Source of the DNA: a virus
DNA length: 27,026 nt
UHGV virus genome: UHGV-0327176
Reading direction: 5' to 3' (one strand)
In this document: one piece after another, positions 25,818 to 27,026 of the stretch
Numbering within the stretch: position 1 is the stretch's first letter
Layout of the letters: the number at the start of each line of letters is the position of its first letter
Position numbers and translations under genes: made by a program
The notes under the pieces: generated by a model
Told to the model about the DNA's origin: nothing
The model's database searches: none
What the model saw: the letters and a program-made list of their open reading frames with translations, nothing else

Positions 25818-26527
25818 TGGCGAAAAATGACTTTAAAGCGTTTGCAACTGATCGGAATGCCAATGTTATGTCGCAGGAGGAATGGGAAGCGTTGCCTGCG
25901 CTTATATCCGGATTTACAGCAGGGAAAGCATCCAGTGCGCAAGTCAATAAGGTTATTCGACAGGCCAGCTTTATTGCTGCAGCTCTGGCCCAGTTTGTAA
26001 GTGATAAAACGCAACGGGATGTGCTTGATAATGGTGATCTGCCCGGTTTTGTTGAATTGCTGGGATCGGGGTTTGCTGTTGAATACCTGAGCCGCAAGAA
26101 TCCGTTTGGCGATATCAAATCGGATGGCACGGTGAAAACGGCTCTCGAAAACCTTGGTTTAGGGGAATTGTCTGATGCTGGGGTTAGCGGTGGTTCATTA
26201 ACCGCTTCTGGTTACATAACGATTCCTATGATTATCAATGGAGCAAGGCGAGCCTTATACATTCAATGGGGTGGATTTACTGGAAATACAGATAGCTCCG
26301 GCTCTAACGGAATATATGAAAACTCAAATATCACCGTTACCTGGCCCGTAGCATTCCCAAATGCAGTTTTTCAGGTGATAACTGGCGGTTCAGCTGATGT
26401 TGGAGGGGTTGGTCAGCAGGAGATGACATGGAGTCTGGGTAAGACAAAAACTTACGGGAATTTTGGTTTTCAGTGCCGGACACCAAACGCATCGATGACT
26501 GGCTCATATCTTGTAATTGGTTATTAA
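25817..26527 (+). CDS. Tail fiber protein (short)
   Basis: The N-terminus MAKNDFKAFATDRNANVMSQEEWEALPALISGFTAGKASSAQVNKVIRQASFIAAALAQFV resembles the conserved baseplate-attachment N-domain of phage tail fibers. ATG at 25817 overlaps the upstream stop (TGATG). The C-terminal half is low-GC. Confidence 0.65.
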   Translation: MAKNDFKAFATDRNANVMSQEEWEALPALISGFTAGKASSAQVNKVIRQASFIAAALAQFVSDKTQRDVLDNGDLPGFVELLGSGFAVEYLSRKNPFGDIKSDGTVKTALENLGLGELSDAGVSGGSLTASGYITIPMIINGARRALYIQWGGFTGNTDSSGSNGIYENSNITVTWPVAFPNAVFQVITGGSADVGGVGQQEMTWSLGKTKTYGNFGFQCRTPNASMTGSYLVIGY

Positions 26528-26540
26528 ACGAGGGCATCAC

Positions 26541-27026
26541 ATGAGATTTTCAGTTAGTACCCAATCATTCTACGATGATAATTACGAGGAAAACGCAGTA
26601 GTCAACGATTTACCCTCAGATGTTCAGGTGATAGATGATGAGCAATATGCTAGTTTTTTTAATGCAATAAATAGTGACCGGGTGGTTTATCTGGTTGCTG
26701 ACGAATTCACGATTTCTCAACCCCGCCCCGATAAATACTATTCATGGGATATAACAAGTAAGACCTGGGCTATGACTGATGCTGCCGTAGCACAAAAGTC
26801 GGCAGACCTGATAGCTGATGCTGAGCTACGGAGAACAACGTCGTTATCAGCAGCAGGTATCGCAATATCCCCGCTGCAAGATGCCGTTGATCTGGGTATG
26901 GCTACAGATGCAGAAACGAGGCGACTGACAGAATGGAAAAAATATCGGGTGCAGTTGATGCGGATTGATACATCAAAAGCTCCCGATATTGAGTGGCCTA
27001 CGCCTCCGGCAGTTCAGGCCAGATGA
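26541..27026 (+). CDS. Tail fiber assembly protein (Tfa-type chaperone)
   Basis: The C-terminal motif PLQDAVDLGMATDAETRRLTEWKKYRVQLMRIDTSKAPDIEWPTPP is typical of lambda-like tail fiber assembly proteins. ATG at 26541 with GAGGG upstream. The stop TGA falls at the last 3 nt of the window. Confidence 0.7.
   Translation: MRFSVSTQSFYDDNYEENAVVNDLPSDVQVIDDEQYASFFNAINSDRVVYLVADEFTISQPRPDKYYSWDITSKTWAMTDAAVAQKSADLIADAELRRTTSLSAAGIAISPLQDAVDLGMATDAETRRLTEWKKYRVQLMRIDTSKAPDIEWPTPPAVQAR

Noticed and set aside
1-27026. Chi sites (GCTGGTGG) as a possible recombination signal
   Set aside because: I saw several on the + strand (for example near 8182, 12419, 15482, 18416, 23573) but also reverse-complement copies (near 15011, 19608). 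The density looks close to the E. coli background, so no clear bias can be claimed without counting.
1-27026. CRISPR array, integrase/attachment site, insertion sequence or transposase
   Set aside because: No regularly spaced direct repeats, no tyrosine or serine recombinase-like ORF, and no terminal inverted repeats flanking a transposase-like ORF were seen. The window appears to lie entirely inside the prophage late region.

Overview
This window is a ~27 kb slice of a temperate enterobacterial prophage, coding almost entirely on the + strand. The left ~4.2 kb is a lambda-type late-regulatory and lysis region: NinE (C-terminal fragment), NinF, NinG, NinH, NinI phosphatase, Q antiterminator, the pR'/tR' late promoter region, then S holin, R endolysin and Rz/Rz1. 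I recognise these from memory of the lambda proteins; nothing was database-checked. Two tRNA genes (anticodons GTT and TGT by my hand fold) sit directly after tR' in the Q-S interval. After Rz the genome switches to a non-lambda virion module: an accessory KilA-N-type gene pair, HNH endonuclease, small and large terminase, portal, Mu F-like head protein, protease/scaffold, major capsid, head-tail connectors, sheath, tube, a tail chaperone with an apparent -1 frameshift, tape measure with a lytic transglycosylase motif, and a P2/Mu-like baseplate, tail fiber and fiber assembly gene. The most interesting locus is a low-GC moron at 21731-22607 inside the baseplate cluster: a Sec-signal-peptide protein and, convergent on the - strand, a small membrane-anchored protein I recall as DUF4236-like, bracketed by hairpins. 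A 32-codon hydrophobic ORF at 23485-23583 is the second candidate. No CRISPR array, integrase or rRNA is present. All family assignments are from recollection and positional logic.
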